Below are positions 12,231 to 24,180 of a stretch of 64,000 nucleotides of DNA, piece by piece. The number at the start of each line of letters is the position of its first letter. Within the stretch, counting starts at the first letter, position 1. Position numbers and translations under genes: made by a program. Under the pieces are notes generated by a model. That model was not told where the DNA came from. It did not search any database and saw nothing but the letters and a program-made list of their open reading frames with translations. Source of the DNA: Squalus acanthias. Taxonomy: Eukaryota. Location of the stretch: contig CM059432.1 of NCBI GenBank assembly GCA_030390025.1, positions 3,844,001 to 3,908,000 on the forward strand, written 5' to 3'.

Positions 12231-14159
12231 ATTGGGATTTTGGTTACAATATTTCTTACATATTTTATGGGACTCAGCATTTATGCATTTTACAAGGTTG
12301 TCCCTTATAATTTATCTCATCTCTGGCCTATAACATTGCAGAGTACAGCTTACCAAAACCAACAACAACTTGCATTTGTATAGCACCTTTAACGTAGTTA
12401 AACGTCCCAAGGCGCTTCACAGGAGCGATTATCAGACAAAATCTGACATAATAAGGAGATATTAGGACAGATGTGTAGGTTTTACGGAGCATCTTAAAGG
12501 AGGAGAGAGAGGTAACGAGGTGGAGAGGTTTAGGAAGAGGGAATTCCAGAGCTTAGGGCCCAGGCAGCTGAAGGCACGGCCGCCAGTGGTGGAGCGATGG
12601 AAATCGAGGATATAACAAAATCCAAGGGAGCTGGTAATGTTGCGTGATCGATTAAGTGTTAACGGTTACAGAGATAACCCTGTAAACACTGTCTTCATGG
12701 TATTAGCTAAAATTGAAGCCATCCAATCAGATGTTCCTTTCTATTATACGAATGTAACATGCTTCGTCATGTACTGATGTGACGTGACCTATGCAAACGA
12801 TGTGACGAGTTGTACAGATGGCAGCAAATGTGCAAAAATAGCAGATGAGAAATTTCAAAAGTGGTTGCAGTTTCGAGAAATGGAACATTTATACACCTGT
12901 TACCGACAATATGCACTGCAGCAACTCGCCAAGGCTTCTTCGGCAGCACCTCCCAAACCCGCGACCTCTACCACCTAGAAGGACAAGGGCAGCAGGCGCA
13001 TGGGAACACCACCACCTCCTAGTTCCCCTCCAAGTCACACACCATCCTGACTTGGGAGGATATCGCTGATCCTTCATCGTCGCTGGGTCAAAATCCTGGA
13101 ACTCCCTCCCTGACAGCACTGTGGGAGCACCTTCACCACACGGACTGCAGCGGTTCAAGGCGGCGGCTCACCACCACCTTCTCAAGGGCAATTAGGGATG
13201 GGCAATAAATGCTGGCCTCGCCAGCGACGCCCACATCCGTGACTGAATAAAAATGTTTTTAAAATGATAGAAATAGGCAGCAGCCACACCCCATGCCTAT
13301 AATAAAGCCTGCGTCAGTATTATTCCACGATTGAACCTTTCACTGGGTGTAAGGTACTCAGAAATGCTTGTCACGGGGATTATCACGAGGATCAAAGACT
13401 TGTAAATCGGAATACAAGAGAAAGATCAAGACTGCACCATAGGCTGCCAAAGGGCGCCAAGAAAAGCGCCGACAGGCCAAAGTAAATAATCACGCAGATA
13501 TTGAACCGATTGCTATGTGATATTAGCTCATCCTCAAGGCGGCTGAGGAATCTGGTAAATGGCAGAATAATTTCCTTTGTCGTTCACAATCATAAATGCA
13601 TCTCCTCATTGTAAAGTCGATAAAGCCCACTTCATATGCACAACAGGAACAGGGAATAAAATCCTACTAGTCCTTGGCTGACAACATCCTGTGTCCTTCA
13701 GCGTGGTCCAACTAAATAATTTAAGTACCATTCTCTGTTTTATGCATTGATATTATCGTAGAAGACTTTGCACAGAGGGTTTCTGTCCAATATTGTAAAT
13801 TGTCTCCCATCTTCACAGATCAGTCAGCCTCTGAGTCGCTGCAGGAGCTCATAAGAATTAGGATCAGGAGTCGGCCATACGGCCCCTCGAGCCTGCTCCG
13901 CCATTCAATAAGATCATGGCTGATCTTCGACCTCAAATACACTTTCCCGCCCGATCCCCATATCTCTTGATTCCCCTAGAGTCCAAAAATCTATCGATCT
14001 CAGCCTTGAATATACTCAATATACTCTTCTCTCTCCCACAGAGCGGTCGGCAGCGGGGAAGGAGGGGCGGACCTGGTTGGAGCGGCAGAGGCCTGAGGTG
14101 AGTCATTAAACTCACCTACGTGGCCTTTTTCCCCAGCGGGGAAAGAGCTTCGCGGGCTT

Positions 14160-14205
14160 TTTCAAAGGCAGGGGGCGGGGCCAATTCATTGGTACCCGTA
14201 TATAG
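14160..14205 (+). promoter_or_regulatory. Candidate internal Pol II promoter motifs in the CR1 5' UTR
   Basis: Clustered GGGGCGGGGC (GC box), CCAAT and TATATA; TGAGTCA at about 14098. Motif match only. Confidence 0.35.
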
Positions 14206-14395
14206 GTGGAGCGGTTGCTAAACCCGAGACACTACACTAGTAGTGACTCCCACCCTCCCACCTCCTCTAACCTTTAGGGGTAGAGGGAATTTAAAAGGTA
14301 GGTTCGATTTTATATTTTGTTTTCAGGGACTTAACTCCTGGACCTAAGATAAATAAGTTTAAATTTTAGTAATAAAGTAACATAAGGGTTAAGTC

Positions 14396-15340
14396 ATGAC
14401 AGGAAGTCTCGGACCCGTTTCATGCTCCTCCTGTGCCATGTGGGAAACCAGGGACACTTCCAGTGTCCCTGACAACTACTTGTGCGGGAAGTGTGTCCAG
14501 CTGCAGCTCCTGACAGCCCGCATGGCGGTGCTGGAGCTGCGGGTGGACTCACTCTGGAGCATGCACGATGCCGAGAACTCGGTGAATCGCTCATTTAGTG
14601 AGTTGTCCACACCGCAGGTAAAGGCTAGGACAGACAGTGAATGGGTGACCAAGAAGCAGGGCAATATCAGGAAGGTAGTGCAGGAGTCCCCTGTGGTCAT
14701 CTCCCTCCAAAACAGGTATGCCGCTTTGGATACTGTTGGGGGAGATGGCCTACCAGGGGAAGGCACTAGCAGCCAGGTTCATGGCACCATGGCTGGCTCT
14801 GCTGCACAGCAGGGCGGGAAAAAGAGTGGTAGGGCTATAGTGATAGGGGACTCAATTGTAAGGGGAATAGACAGGAGTTTCTGTGGCCGCAACCGAGATT
14901 CCAGGATGGTATGTTGCCTCCCTGGTGCAAGGGTCAAGGATGTCTCGGAGCGGCTGCAGAACATTCTGAAGAGGGAGGGTGAACAGCCAGCTGTCGTGGT
15001 GCATGTAGGTACCAACGATATAGGTAAAAAGCGGGAAGAGGTCCTACAAGCAGAATTTAGGGAGCTAGGAGCTAAATTAAAAAGTAGGACCTCTAAGGTA
15101 GTAATCTCTGGATTGCTACCAGGGCCACGTGCTAATCAGAATAGAGAGAACAGGATAGTGAGATTGAATACGTGGCTTGAGCAGTGGTGCAGGAGGGAGG
15201 GATTCAAATTCCTGAGGCATTGGAACCAGTTCTTGGGGAAGTGGGACCTGTACAAAAGGGACGGTCTGCACTTGGGCAGGACTGGAACCGATGTCCTCGG
15301 GGTAATATTTGCTAAAGCAGTTCGGGAGGATTTAAACTAA
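14396..15340 (+). CDS. CR1 ORF1p: Cys-rich zinc finger/leucine zipper plus SGNH esterase domain
   Basis: CxxC...CxxC followed by heptad leucines; GDSIVRG, HVGTND and DGLH esterase blocks; 314 aa with no stops. Confidence 0.92.
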   Translation: MTGSLGPVSCSSCAMWETRDTSSVPDNYLCGKCVQLQLLTARMAVLELRVDSLWSMHDAENSVNRSFSELSTPQVKARTDSEWVTKKQGNIRKVVQESPVVISLQNRYAALDTVGGDGLPGEGTSSQVHGTMAGSAAQQGGKKSGRAIVIGDSIVRGIDRSFCGRNRDSRMVCCLPGARVKDVSERLQNILKREGEQPAVVVHVGTNDIGKKREEVLQAEFRELGAKLKSRTSKVVISGLLPGPRANQNRENRIVRLNTWLEQWCRREGFKFLRHWNQFLGKWDLYKRDGLHLGRTGTDVLGVIFAKAVREDLN

Positions 15341-15387
15341 TATGGCAGGGGAATGGGAACCTATGTAGCGAAACAGGGGGAAGTAAT

Positions 15388-18324
15388 ATGCAGTCAGAAA
15401 CAAATGTTAGAAGGGTGAGAAACAATAGGGGAAGGCCGAGTAAACAAAGGCAAGAAACACAAAGGGCCATACTAAATCATAAGTCTAAAAGGACAAAGGA
15501 TGTTAATAAAACAAGCCTAAAGGCTCTGTGTCTTAATGCAAGGAGTATCCGTAATAAGGTGGATGAATTGACTGTGCAAATAGATGTTAACGGATACGAT
15601 GTGATTGGGATTACAGAGACGTGGCTCCAGAACAATCAAGGCTGGGAACTGAACATCCAGGGGTATTCAACATTCAGAAAGGATAGAATAAAAGGAAAAG
15701 GGGGTGGGGTAGCATTGCTGGTTAAAGAGGAGATTAATGCAATAGCTAGGAAGGACATCAGCTTGGAGGATGTGGAATCAATATGGGTTGAGCTGCAGAA
15801 CACCAAAGGGCAGAAAACGTTAGTGGGAGTTGTGTACAGACCTCCAAACAGCAGTAGTGAGGTGGGGGAGGGTATGAAACAGGAAATCAGAGGAGCATGC
15901 AAAAAAGGCACGGCAGTTATCATGGGTGACTTTAATATGCATATAGATTGGGCTACTCAAACTGGAAGCAATACGGTGGAGGAGGATTTCCTGGAGTGTT
16001 TAAGGGATGGTTTCCTAAACCAATATGTTGAGGAACCAACTCGAGGGGAGGCCATCCTGGACTGGGTGTTGTGTAATGAGGAGGGACTAATCAGCAATCT
16101 TGTGGTACGAGGCCCCCTGGGGAAGTGTGACCATAGTATGGTGGAGTTCTACATTAGGATGGAGAAGGAAACAGTTAAGTCAGAGACCATGGTCCAGAAC
16201 TTAAATAAGGGCAACTTTGAGGTTATAAGGCGTGAATTGGCGAGGTTAAATTGGCAAGCGATATTTAAGGGGCTATCAGTGGAAGGGCAATGGCAGACAT
16301 TTAGAGATCGCATGGATGAACTACAACAATTGTACATCCCGGTCTGGCGTAAAAATAAAAAAGGGAAGGTGGCTCAACCATGGCTAACAAGGGAAATCAG
16401 GGATAGTATTAAAACCAAGGAAGTTGCATACAAATTGGCCAGAAGTAGCAGCAAACCCGGGGACTGGGAGAACTTCAAAACTCAGCAGAGGAGGACGAAG
16501 GGTTTGATTAGGGCAGGGAAAATAAAATATGAAAGGAAGCTTGCAGAGAACATTAAAATGGACTGCAAAAGCTTCTATAAATATGTAAAAAGAAAGAGGT
16601 TAGTAAAAACAAACGTAGGTCCCCTGCAGTCGGAAACAGGGGAAGTCGTAATGGGGAACAAGGAAATGGCAGATCAATTGAACAAGTACTTTGGTTCGGT
16701 GTTTACTGTGGAAGACACACACAACCTGCCGGAAATAAAAGGGGTCAGAGGATCTGGTAAGAGGGAGGAGCTGAGGGAAATCCTTATTAGTCGGGAAAAG
16801 GTATTGGGGAAATTGATGGGACTGAAGGCTGAAAAATCCCCGGGGCCTGATGGTCTGCATCCCAGAGTACTTAAGGAGGTGGCCTTGGAAATAGTGGATG
16901 CATTGACGATCATTTTCCAACATTCCTTAGACTCTGGATCAGTTCCGATGGAGTGGAGGGTGGCCAATGTAACCCCTCTTTTTAAAAAAGGAGGGAGGGA
17001 GAAAGCAGGGAATTATAGACCGGTCAGCCTGACATCGGTCGTGGGTAAAATTATGGAAGCAATTATTAAAGATGTCATAACAGACCATTTGGAAAGTGGC
17101 GACATGATAGGTCCAAGTCAGCATGGATTTGTGAAAGGGAAATCATGCTTGACAAATCTTCTGGAATTTTTTGAGGATGTTTCCAATAGGGTGGACAGGG
17201 GGGAACCAGTAGATGTGGTGTATTTGGACTTTCAGAAGGCCTTCGACAAGGTCCCACACAAGAGATTGGTGAGCAAAGTTAAAGCACATGGGATTGGGGG
17301 TAATGTGTTGACGTGGATTGAGAACTGGTTGGCACACAGGAAACAAAGAGTAGGAGTAAATGGGTACTTTTCAGAATGGCAGGCAGTGACCAGCGGAGTA
17401 CCGCAGGGTTCGGTGCTGGGACCCCAGCTGTTTACATTATATATTAATGATTTGGACGAAGGGATTAAATGTAATATCTCCAAATTTGCGGATGACACTA
17501 AATTGGGAGGCAGTGTGAACAATGAGGAGGATGCTAGGAGGCTACAGAGTGACTTGGACAGGTTGGGTGAATGGGCAAATGTATGGCAGATGAAGTACAA
17601 TGTGGATAAATGTGAGGTTATCCACTTTGGTGGTAAAAATAGAGAGGCGGACTATTACCTGAATGGTGGCAGATTAGGGAAAGGGGACGTGCAACGAGAC
17701 CTGGGCGTCATGGTACATCAGTCACTGAAGGTGGGAATGCAAGTGCAGCAGGCAGTCAAGAAAGCAAACGGAATGATGGCCTTCATAGCAAGGGGATTTG
17801 AGTACAGGAGTAGGGAGGTGATGCTACAGTTGTACAGGGCCTTGGTGAGGCCACACCTGGAGTATTGTGCGCAGTTTTGGTCTCCTAACTTAAGGAAGGA
17901 CATTCTTGCTATTGAGGGAGTGCAGCGAAGGTTCACTAGATTGATTCCTGGGATGGCCGGACTGACATATCAAGAAAGATTGGGTCAACTGAACTTGTAT
18001 CCTCTGGAGTTCAGAAGAATGAGGGGGGATCTTATAGAGACATTTAAAATCCTGACTGGTTTAGACAAATTAGATGCAGGCAGAATGTTCCCAATGGTAG
18101 GGAAAACTAGAACCAGGGGTCACAGTCTAAGGATTAAGGGGAAGCCATTTAGGACTGAGCTGAGGAGGAACTTCTTCACCCAGAGAGTGGTGAATCTATG
18201 GAATTCTCTTCCACAGAAGGTTGTTGAGGCCAGTTCGCTAAATATATTCAAAAGGGAGTTAGATATAACACTCACAACTAAGGGGATCAAGGGGTATGGC
18301 GAGAAAGCAGGAATGGGGTACTGA
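15388..18324 (+). CDS. CR1 ORF2p: APE endonuclease plus reverse transcriptase (frame open from at least 15331)
   Basis: NARS, ITETW, GDFN, CDH (APE); YRPVSLTS, LDFQKAFD, GVPQGSVLGP, KFADD (RT); 978 aa with no stops. Confidence 0.95.
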   Translation: MQSETNVRRVRNNRGRPSKQRQETQRAILNHKSKRTKDVNKTSLKALCLNARSIRNKVDELTVQIDVNGYDVIGITETWLQNNQGWELNIQGYSTFRKDRIKGKGGGVALLVKEEINAIARKDISLEDVESIWVELQNTKGQKTLVGVVYRPPNSSSEVGEGMKQEIRGACKKGTAVIMGDFNMHIDWATQTGSNTVEEDFLECLRDGFLNQYVEEPTRGEAILDWVLCNEEGLISNLVVRGPLGKCDHSMVEFYIRMEKETVKSETMVQNLNKGNFEVIRRELARLNWQAIFKGLSVEGQWQTFRDRMDELQQLYIPVWRKNKKGKVAQPWLTREIRDSIKTKEVAYKLARSSSKPGDWENFKTQQRRTKGLIRAGKIKYERKLAENIKMDCKSFYKYVKRKRLVKTNVGPLQSETGEVVMGNKEMADQLNKYFGSVFTVEDTHNLPEIKGVRGSGKREELREILISREKVLGKLMGLKAEKSPGPDGLHPRVLKEVALEIVDALTIIFQHSLDSGSVPMEWRVANVTPLFKKGGREKAGNYRPVSLTSVVGKIMEAIIKDVITDHLESGDMIGPSQHGFVKGKSCLTNLLEFFEDVSNRVDRGEPVDVVYLDFQKAFDKVPHKRLVSKVKAHGIGGNVLTWIENWLAHRKQRVGVNGYFSEWQAVTSGVPQGSVLGPQLFTLYINDLDEGIKCNISKFADDTKLGGSVNNEEDARRLQSDLDRLGEWANVWQMKYNVDKCEVIHFGGKNREADYYLNGGRLGKGDVQRDLGVMVHQSLKVGMQVQQAVKKANGMMAFIARGFEYRSREVMLQLYRALVRPHLEYCAQFWSPNLRKDILAIEGVQRRFTRLIPGMAGLTYQERLGQLNLYPLEFRRMRGDLIETFKILTGLDKLDAGRMFPMVGKTRTRGHSLRIKGKPFRTELRRNFFTQRVVNLWNSLPQKVVEASSLNIFKRELDITLTTKGIKGYGEKAGMGY

Positions 18325-19093
18325 GGTAGCATGTTTAGCCATGAACGCATTGAATGGCGGTGCAGGCTCGAAGGACCGAATGGTCTACTCCTGTACCTAT
18401 TTTTTCTATGTTTCAACGACTGAGCATCCACAGCCCTCTGGGGTAGAGAATTCCAAAGATTCACCACCGTCTGAGTGAAGAAATTCCTCCTCATCTCTGT
18501 TCTAACTGGCCGACCCCTTATCCTCAGATTATGCCCCCTGGTTCTAGACTCTCCAGCCAGGGGCAACAGCCTCTCAGCATCTACCCTGTCAATCCCCATC
18601 CACCACCTTAAACATTCACTCCCTCCACCACCGGCGCACCGTGGCTGCAGTGTGTACCATCTACAAGATGCACTGCAGCAACTCACCAAGGCTTCTTCGG
18701 CAGCACCTCCCAAATCCGCGACCTCTACCACCTAGAAGGACAAGGGCAGCAGGAGTATGGGAACACCACCACCTCCAAGTCACACACCATCCTGACTTAG
18801 AAATATATCACCGATCCTTCATCGTCGCTGGGTCAAAATCCTGGAACTCCCTCCCTAACAGCACTGTGGGAGCACCTTCACCACACGGACTGCAGCGGTT
18901 CAAGAAGGCGGCTCACCACCACCTTCTCAAGGGCGATTAGGGGATGGGCAATAAATGCTGGCCTTGCCAGTGACGCCCACATCCCGTGAATGAATAAACA
19001 GAATCCCCCTCAGAATCTTAGATGTTTCAATGAGATCACCTCTCAGTCTTCTAAAATGAATGCATGCACCAGCGAAAATTCCCAGCTTAAGTC

Positions 19094-20176
19094 GGGTCGC
19101 CAACTCTGGTTGGACGTATTCCAGGAGGTTTCATCACATGACCTCCTGCATCCAACAGCCCCGCCCCCCACTCTCCCACCATTAGTCGCTCGACACGTCC
19201 ATCCTCGCGGCGTTCCGCCTTCCCACGGCCAATCGGAAAGTGAACAGATTCTTTCTTATCCGCAGCATAACAAAGACCGCCTATTTCCACCGCCGTAACA
19301 TCGCTCGTCTCCGCCCCTGCCTCAGCTCATCCGCTGCTGAAACCCTCATCCATGCCTTTGTTACCTCTAGACTTGACTATTCCAACGCACTCCTGGCCGG
19401 CCTCCCACATTCCATCCTACGTAAACTTGAGGCCATCCAAAACTCGGCTGCCCGTGTCCTAACTCGCACCAAGTCTTGTTCACCCATCACCCCTGTGCTC
19501 GCTGACCTACATTGGCTCCCAGTTAAGCAGCGCCTCGATTTCAAAATTCTCATCCTTGTTTTCAAATCCCTCCATGGCCCTCGCCCCCTCCCTATCTCTG
19601 TAACCTCCTCCAGCCCCACAACCCCCTGAGATATCTGCGCTCCTCTAATTCTGCTCTCTTGAGCATCCCTGATTATAATCGCTCCACCATTGGCGGTCGT
19701 GCCTTCTGCTGCCTGGGCCCTAAGCTCTGGAATCCTCTCCCTAAACCTCTCTGCCTCGCTACCTCTCTCTCCTCCTTTAAGACGCTCCTTAAAACCTACC
19801 TCTTTGACCAAGCTTTTGTTCATTGGCCCGAATTTCACCTTATGTGGATCGGTGTCAAATTTTTTGTCTTATCATGTGAAGCGCCTTGGGACGTTTTACT
19901 ACGTTAAAGGCGCTGTATAAATACAAGTTGTTGTTGTTGTTGTTGATGATTGGATAATTCCATGACTGTCAGTCAAACAGCCTTTTTTCTAAACCTCGTC
20001 TGATATTATTATAACTTATAAACAAAAGTGCTCAAAGAAAATGATTAAAATAAACCCCCCACGGTTTTTTTCACACCCCAATGAGTTTTCTGTCAGGGTG
20101 TTGCTCGGAGCCGTGTCCAGGAGATTAATCTTCAATTCCTGGAAGCTGCAGGGCAAGACTGGAGGGCTGGCGACCA
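19094..20176. mobile_element. TIR element with GGGTCGCCAAC-type ends, containing an L2 insertion (about 19250-19945, +)
   Basis: Ends GGGTCGCCAACTCTGG ... GGGCTGGCGACC. The insert encodes L2 motifs (RLDYSNALLAGLP, LHWLPV). A sister copy lies at 20470-21038. Confidence 0.6.
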
Positions 20177-20469
20177 TAACATTAAGGCAGAAAAATCTAA
20201 CGCTTCAATAATTAAAAAGTGATGCCTGTATGAAGGCAGGCCTGGCAAGCAGCCGTAGCTGTGAGAACGTGGCAGGAAAAAGCACTCAATTCCCTGTGGG
20301 ACCAATTTAAATTTCTTTTGAATTCTTCATTAGACCCGTGTTGGGTCACTGGTGCAGTTCTCCACGCGCTGTCATTTTTCTTCACTGTGAAATGCACAGC
20401 ACTGCGATCCGGCTGCGTTGTTCTGTGCGCCCAATTTTGTAACCCACTCTTGCCCTGCTATAAGGCTTC

Positions 20470-21038
20470 GAGTCGCCAACTCTGGTTGGGCGCATTGCTG
20501 GACGTTGCATGAGATGACCTCCCGCCTCAGTCAACCTTTCCCCACTCTCCTCCAATACATTTATAACGTCTTTCGGATGAGACGTTAAACCGAGGCCCCA
20601 TCTGCTCTCTCAGGTGCACATAAAAAATCCCACGGCCACTATTTCGAAGAAGAGCTGGGCAGTTCTCCCCAGTGTCCTGGGGCCAATATTTATCCCTCAA
20701 TCAACATCACTAAAAAAACAGATTATCTGGTCATTATCACATAGCTGTTTGTGGGAGCTTGCTGTGCGCAAATTGGCTGCCATGTTTCCCACATTACAAC
20801 AGTGACTACACTTCAAAAGTACTTCATTGGCTTTAAAGCGCTTTGAGACGTCCAGTGGTCGTGAATGGCCCTATATAAACGCAAGTCTTTTCATTTAATA
20901 AACAAGGAAAATTTATAAAACACACTTTTTTTTTGAAATGGCTCTGAGTTTTCTCCTGGGTGTTGCTCGCTGCCATGTCCTGGAGATTAATTTTCATTTC
21001 CTGGAGACTCCCGGGCAATCCTGAAGGGTTGGCGACCT
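20470..21038. mobile_element. Second copy of the same TIR family, with a DeuSINE insert (about 20570-20892, +)
   Basis: GAGTCGCCAACTCTGG ... GGGTTGGCGACC; internal similarity to 19094-20176. Confidence 0.6.
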
Positions 21039-21299
21039 TAGTAAGGCTTGGTACTACTAATGGTATTTTACAAATTCAGAGCTGTATGACACAGAGGAAT
21101 CTTTCCTTTACAGTCTTCACCACACACACCGTCCCCGCTTATAGACAACCACCTATATCGGGCCCCGCTCATCCCAGGCAATCACCTCTATCGGGCAAAT
21201 GGCGCTAACCATTTGCTATTGCATTAGGCATCAATTACAACCGCGCCTCTTAAACCGTATTATATCGGGCGGTTCGAGCAACTGTTTGGGGGTCACCTC

Positions 21300-21880
21300 C
21301 CATCGACCCCCTTCCAACCCCCATCGACCCCTGTCCAATCCCATCCACCAGCAACGACTCCCATTCACCCACACCCACCCCCCCATCCACTCCCGTTCTC
21401 CCCATCCACTGCTTCTCGACCCTCCATCCACTGCCCCTCGACTCCCATCCACTGACCCTTGACCCCCATCCACTGACCCTCAACCCCATCCACTGCCCCT
21501 CGACCCCCATCCACTGACCCTCGACCCCCATCCACTGACCCTCGACCCCCATCCACTGCCCCTCGACCCCCATCCACTGACCCTCGCCCCCCATCCACTG
21601 CCCCTCGACCCCCCATCCACTGCCCCTCGACCCCCCATACACTGACCCTTGCCCCCCATCCACTTCCTCTCGCCCCCCATCCACTGCCCCTCGACCACCA
21701 TCCACTGCCCCTCGACCCCCCATCCACTGCCCCTCGACCCCCCATCCACTGCCCCTCGACCCCCCATCCACTGCCCCTCGCCCCCCATCCACTGCCCCTC
21801 GACCCCCATCCACTGACCCTTGACCCCCATCCACTGCCCCTCGCCCCCCATCCACTGCCCCTCGCCCCCCATCCACTGCC
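21300..21880. repeat. Minisatellite with unit of about 20-22 bp (CCATCCACTGCCCCTCGACCC)
   Basis: Direct tandem copies with variable C-run length and no unique spacers. Confidence 0.95.
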
Positions 21881-21910
21881 GCTCACCATCCATCTTTTAG
21901 CCTTTTTCTT

Positions 21911-22335
21911 AAGAACATAAGAATTAGGAGCAGGAGTCAGCCATTCAGTCCCTCGAGCCTGCTCCACCATTCAATAAGATCATCGCTGATCATTGACCTC
22001 AACTCCACTTTCCCGCCCAATCCCCATATCCCTTGATTCCCTTAGAGTCTTAAAATCTATCGATCTCAGCCTTGAATATACTCAAAGACTGAGAATCCAC
22101 AGCCCTCTGGGGCAGAGAATTCCAAAGATTCACCACCCTCAGTGAAGAAATTCCTCCTCATCTCAGTCTTAAATGGCCGACCCCTTATCCTGAGACTGTG
22201 CCCCCTAGTTCTAGACTCTCCAGCATCTACCCTGTCAATCCCCCTCAGAATCTTTTATGTTTCAATGAGATCACCTCTCATTCTTCTAAACTCCAGAGAG
22301 TAGAGGCCCAATCTACTCAATCTTCTCATAGGACA
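21911..22335 (-). mobile_element. CR1 3' fragment
   Basis: AAGAACATAAGAA tail and the CR1 3' UTR shared with other copies. Confidence 0.85.
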
Positions 22336-22854
22336 AATGTGCTGAATTTTTTTTTGGAATATTCTGATGCTGATGGCAGCAATTTTCCTTGAGTTCAACT
22401 TGGATATCGAGGGTGACAGCGATGATGTAGCGTGCGTGTATTTGTTGCACTATTTTTAGATGCGTACTGACAGAAGACTCCCCTGAAGTCAAAATGTGTC
22501 ATAATATCTGCTGCATAACATTAGACGAAACAATTTGGACTGTTTACTTCAAAGGATAATTCAATTAAATATGACAGTACTTTGCATATTTTAGTTAGGA
22601 GAGAAAGAGATTGATCGACAAGCTAAGTGGAACTAATCCAGTCTGATTGCTCTCTGTAGTCCAGTTTATAGGGTGGATCTGAGGCAGAGTTTATCAGGCA
22701 AATACCTAGATCATTTCTAATATTAAAATATTACTGCAAATTAAAACTTCAAATAGCAACCAATTTTAACTTGGAATGAGATGGTTACAACACTTATTCC
22801 TCAGTGAAGATATTTACACGCCATCTGACCTTTCCAAGTCCCTTTTATAATGAA

Positions 22855-23310
22855 ATAAGAACTTACATTTATATCGTCTCACGACCACCAGATGTCCCAT
22901 AAGCGCTTTACAGCCAATGAAGTGTAGTCACTGTTGTAATGTGGGAAACGCGGCAGCCAATTTGCACACAGCAAGCTCCCACAAACAGCAATGTGATAAT
23001 GACCAGATAATCTGTTTTTTGTGATGTTGATTGAGGGATAAATATTGCCCAGGACACTGGGGACAACTCCCCTGCTCTTCTTCAACAATAGTGGCCATGG
23101 GATCTTTTACATCCACCTGAGAGAGCAGACGGGGCCCCGGTTTAATGTCTCATCCGAAAGACGGCACCTCCGACAGTGCAGCACTCCCTCAGCACTGCAC
23201 TGGGAGTGTCAGCCTAGATTTTTGTGCTCAGGTCTCTGGAGTGGGACTTGAACCCGCGATCTACGTTGTCCTCAGAGGTGAGGGTGCTACCCACTGAGCC
23301 ACTGGCTGAC
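22855..23310 (-). mobile_element. Near-complete DeuSINE
   Basis: tRNA-like head (GGCTCAGTGG A box, GGTTCAAGTCC B box), Deu core and tail. Confidence 0.85.
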
Positions 23311-23734
23311 ATTCACAGCCATCAAAGCCAATAACTTCTTTAATCAGAGAATGGTGAGAATGTGGAACTCGCTACCGCAAGGAGTAGTTGAGGCAAATAG
23401 CATAGATGCATTGAAGGGTGAGCTAGAAAAGTACATGAGGGAGAATATATAGAAGGATATGCTGATAGGGTGAGATGAAGAGGGGCGGGAGGAGGCTTGT
23501 GTGGAGCATAAACGCCGGCACGGACCAGTTGGGCCGAATGGCCTGTTTCTGTGCTGTACATTCTATGTAATTTTACGTAAAGTACTTATGAAGTGTGTTC
23601 ACTATTGCAATGTAGGGAATGCAGCAGCCAATTTGCGCACAGCAAGCTCCCACAAACACCAATGTTATAATGATCAGATGTTGATTGTAGGATAAATATT
23701 GGTCAGGATACCAGGGAAAACTCCCCTGCTCTTT

Positions 23735-24180
23735 AATATAGTAAATCATCCCAAGGCGCTTCACAGGAGCGATTATCGACAGAATTTGACACCGAGCCAC
23801 ATAAGGAGATATTAGGGCAGGTGACCAAAAGCTTGGTCAAAGAGGGAGGTTTTAAGGAGTGTCTTAAAGGAGGAGAGAGCAGTAGAGAGGTGGGGAGGTT
23901 TAGGGAGGGAATTCCAGAGCTCAGGGCTTTGGCAGCTGAAGGCACGACCGCCAATGGTGGGGCGATTATAATCAGAGATGCGCAAGAGGCCAGAATTGGA
24001 GGAGGGCAGAGATCTCGGGGGGTTGTGAGGCTGGAGGAGGTTACAGAGATAGAGGGGGGGCGAGGCCATGGAGGGATTTGAAAACAGGGATGAGAATTTT
24101 AAAATTGAGGCGTTGCCAGACCGGGAGTCAATGCAGGTCAGCGAGCACAGGGGGTGATGGGCGAACAGGACTAGGTGCGA
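23735..24180 (-). mobile_element. L2 3' fragment
   Basis: IGGRAFS...LWNSLP...SFKTLLKT motif. Confidence 0.8.

Larger units (their letters stand above)
14027..18414 (+). mobile_element. Full-length CR1 LINE, potentially active, inserted in an older minus-strand CR1 fragment (about 13851-19052)
   Basis: 5' UTR, open ORF1 and ORF2, 3' UTR ending TTCTATGTTTC. The host rejoins as ...aatatactc|aacgactgag... Confidence 0.95.

Noticed and set aside
15338..15344. Stop-start (TAA T ATG) translational coupling to ORF2
   Set aside because: The ATG at 15342 is in neither the ORF1 nor the ORF2 frame and reaches TAG after eight codons.
21231..21970. Gly-rich repetitive ORFs or CRISPR-like array
   Set aside because: Translations of a minisatellite with variable unit length and no spacers.
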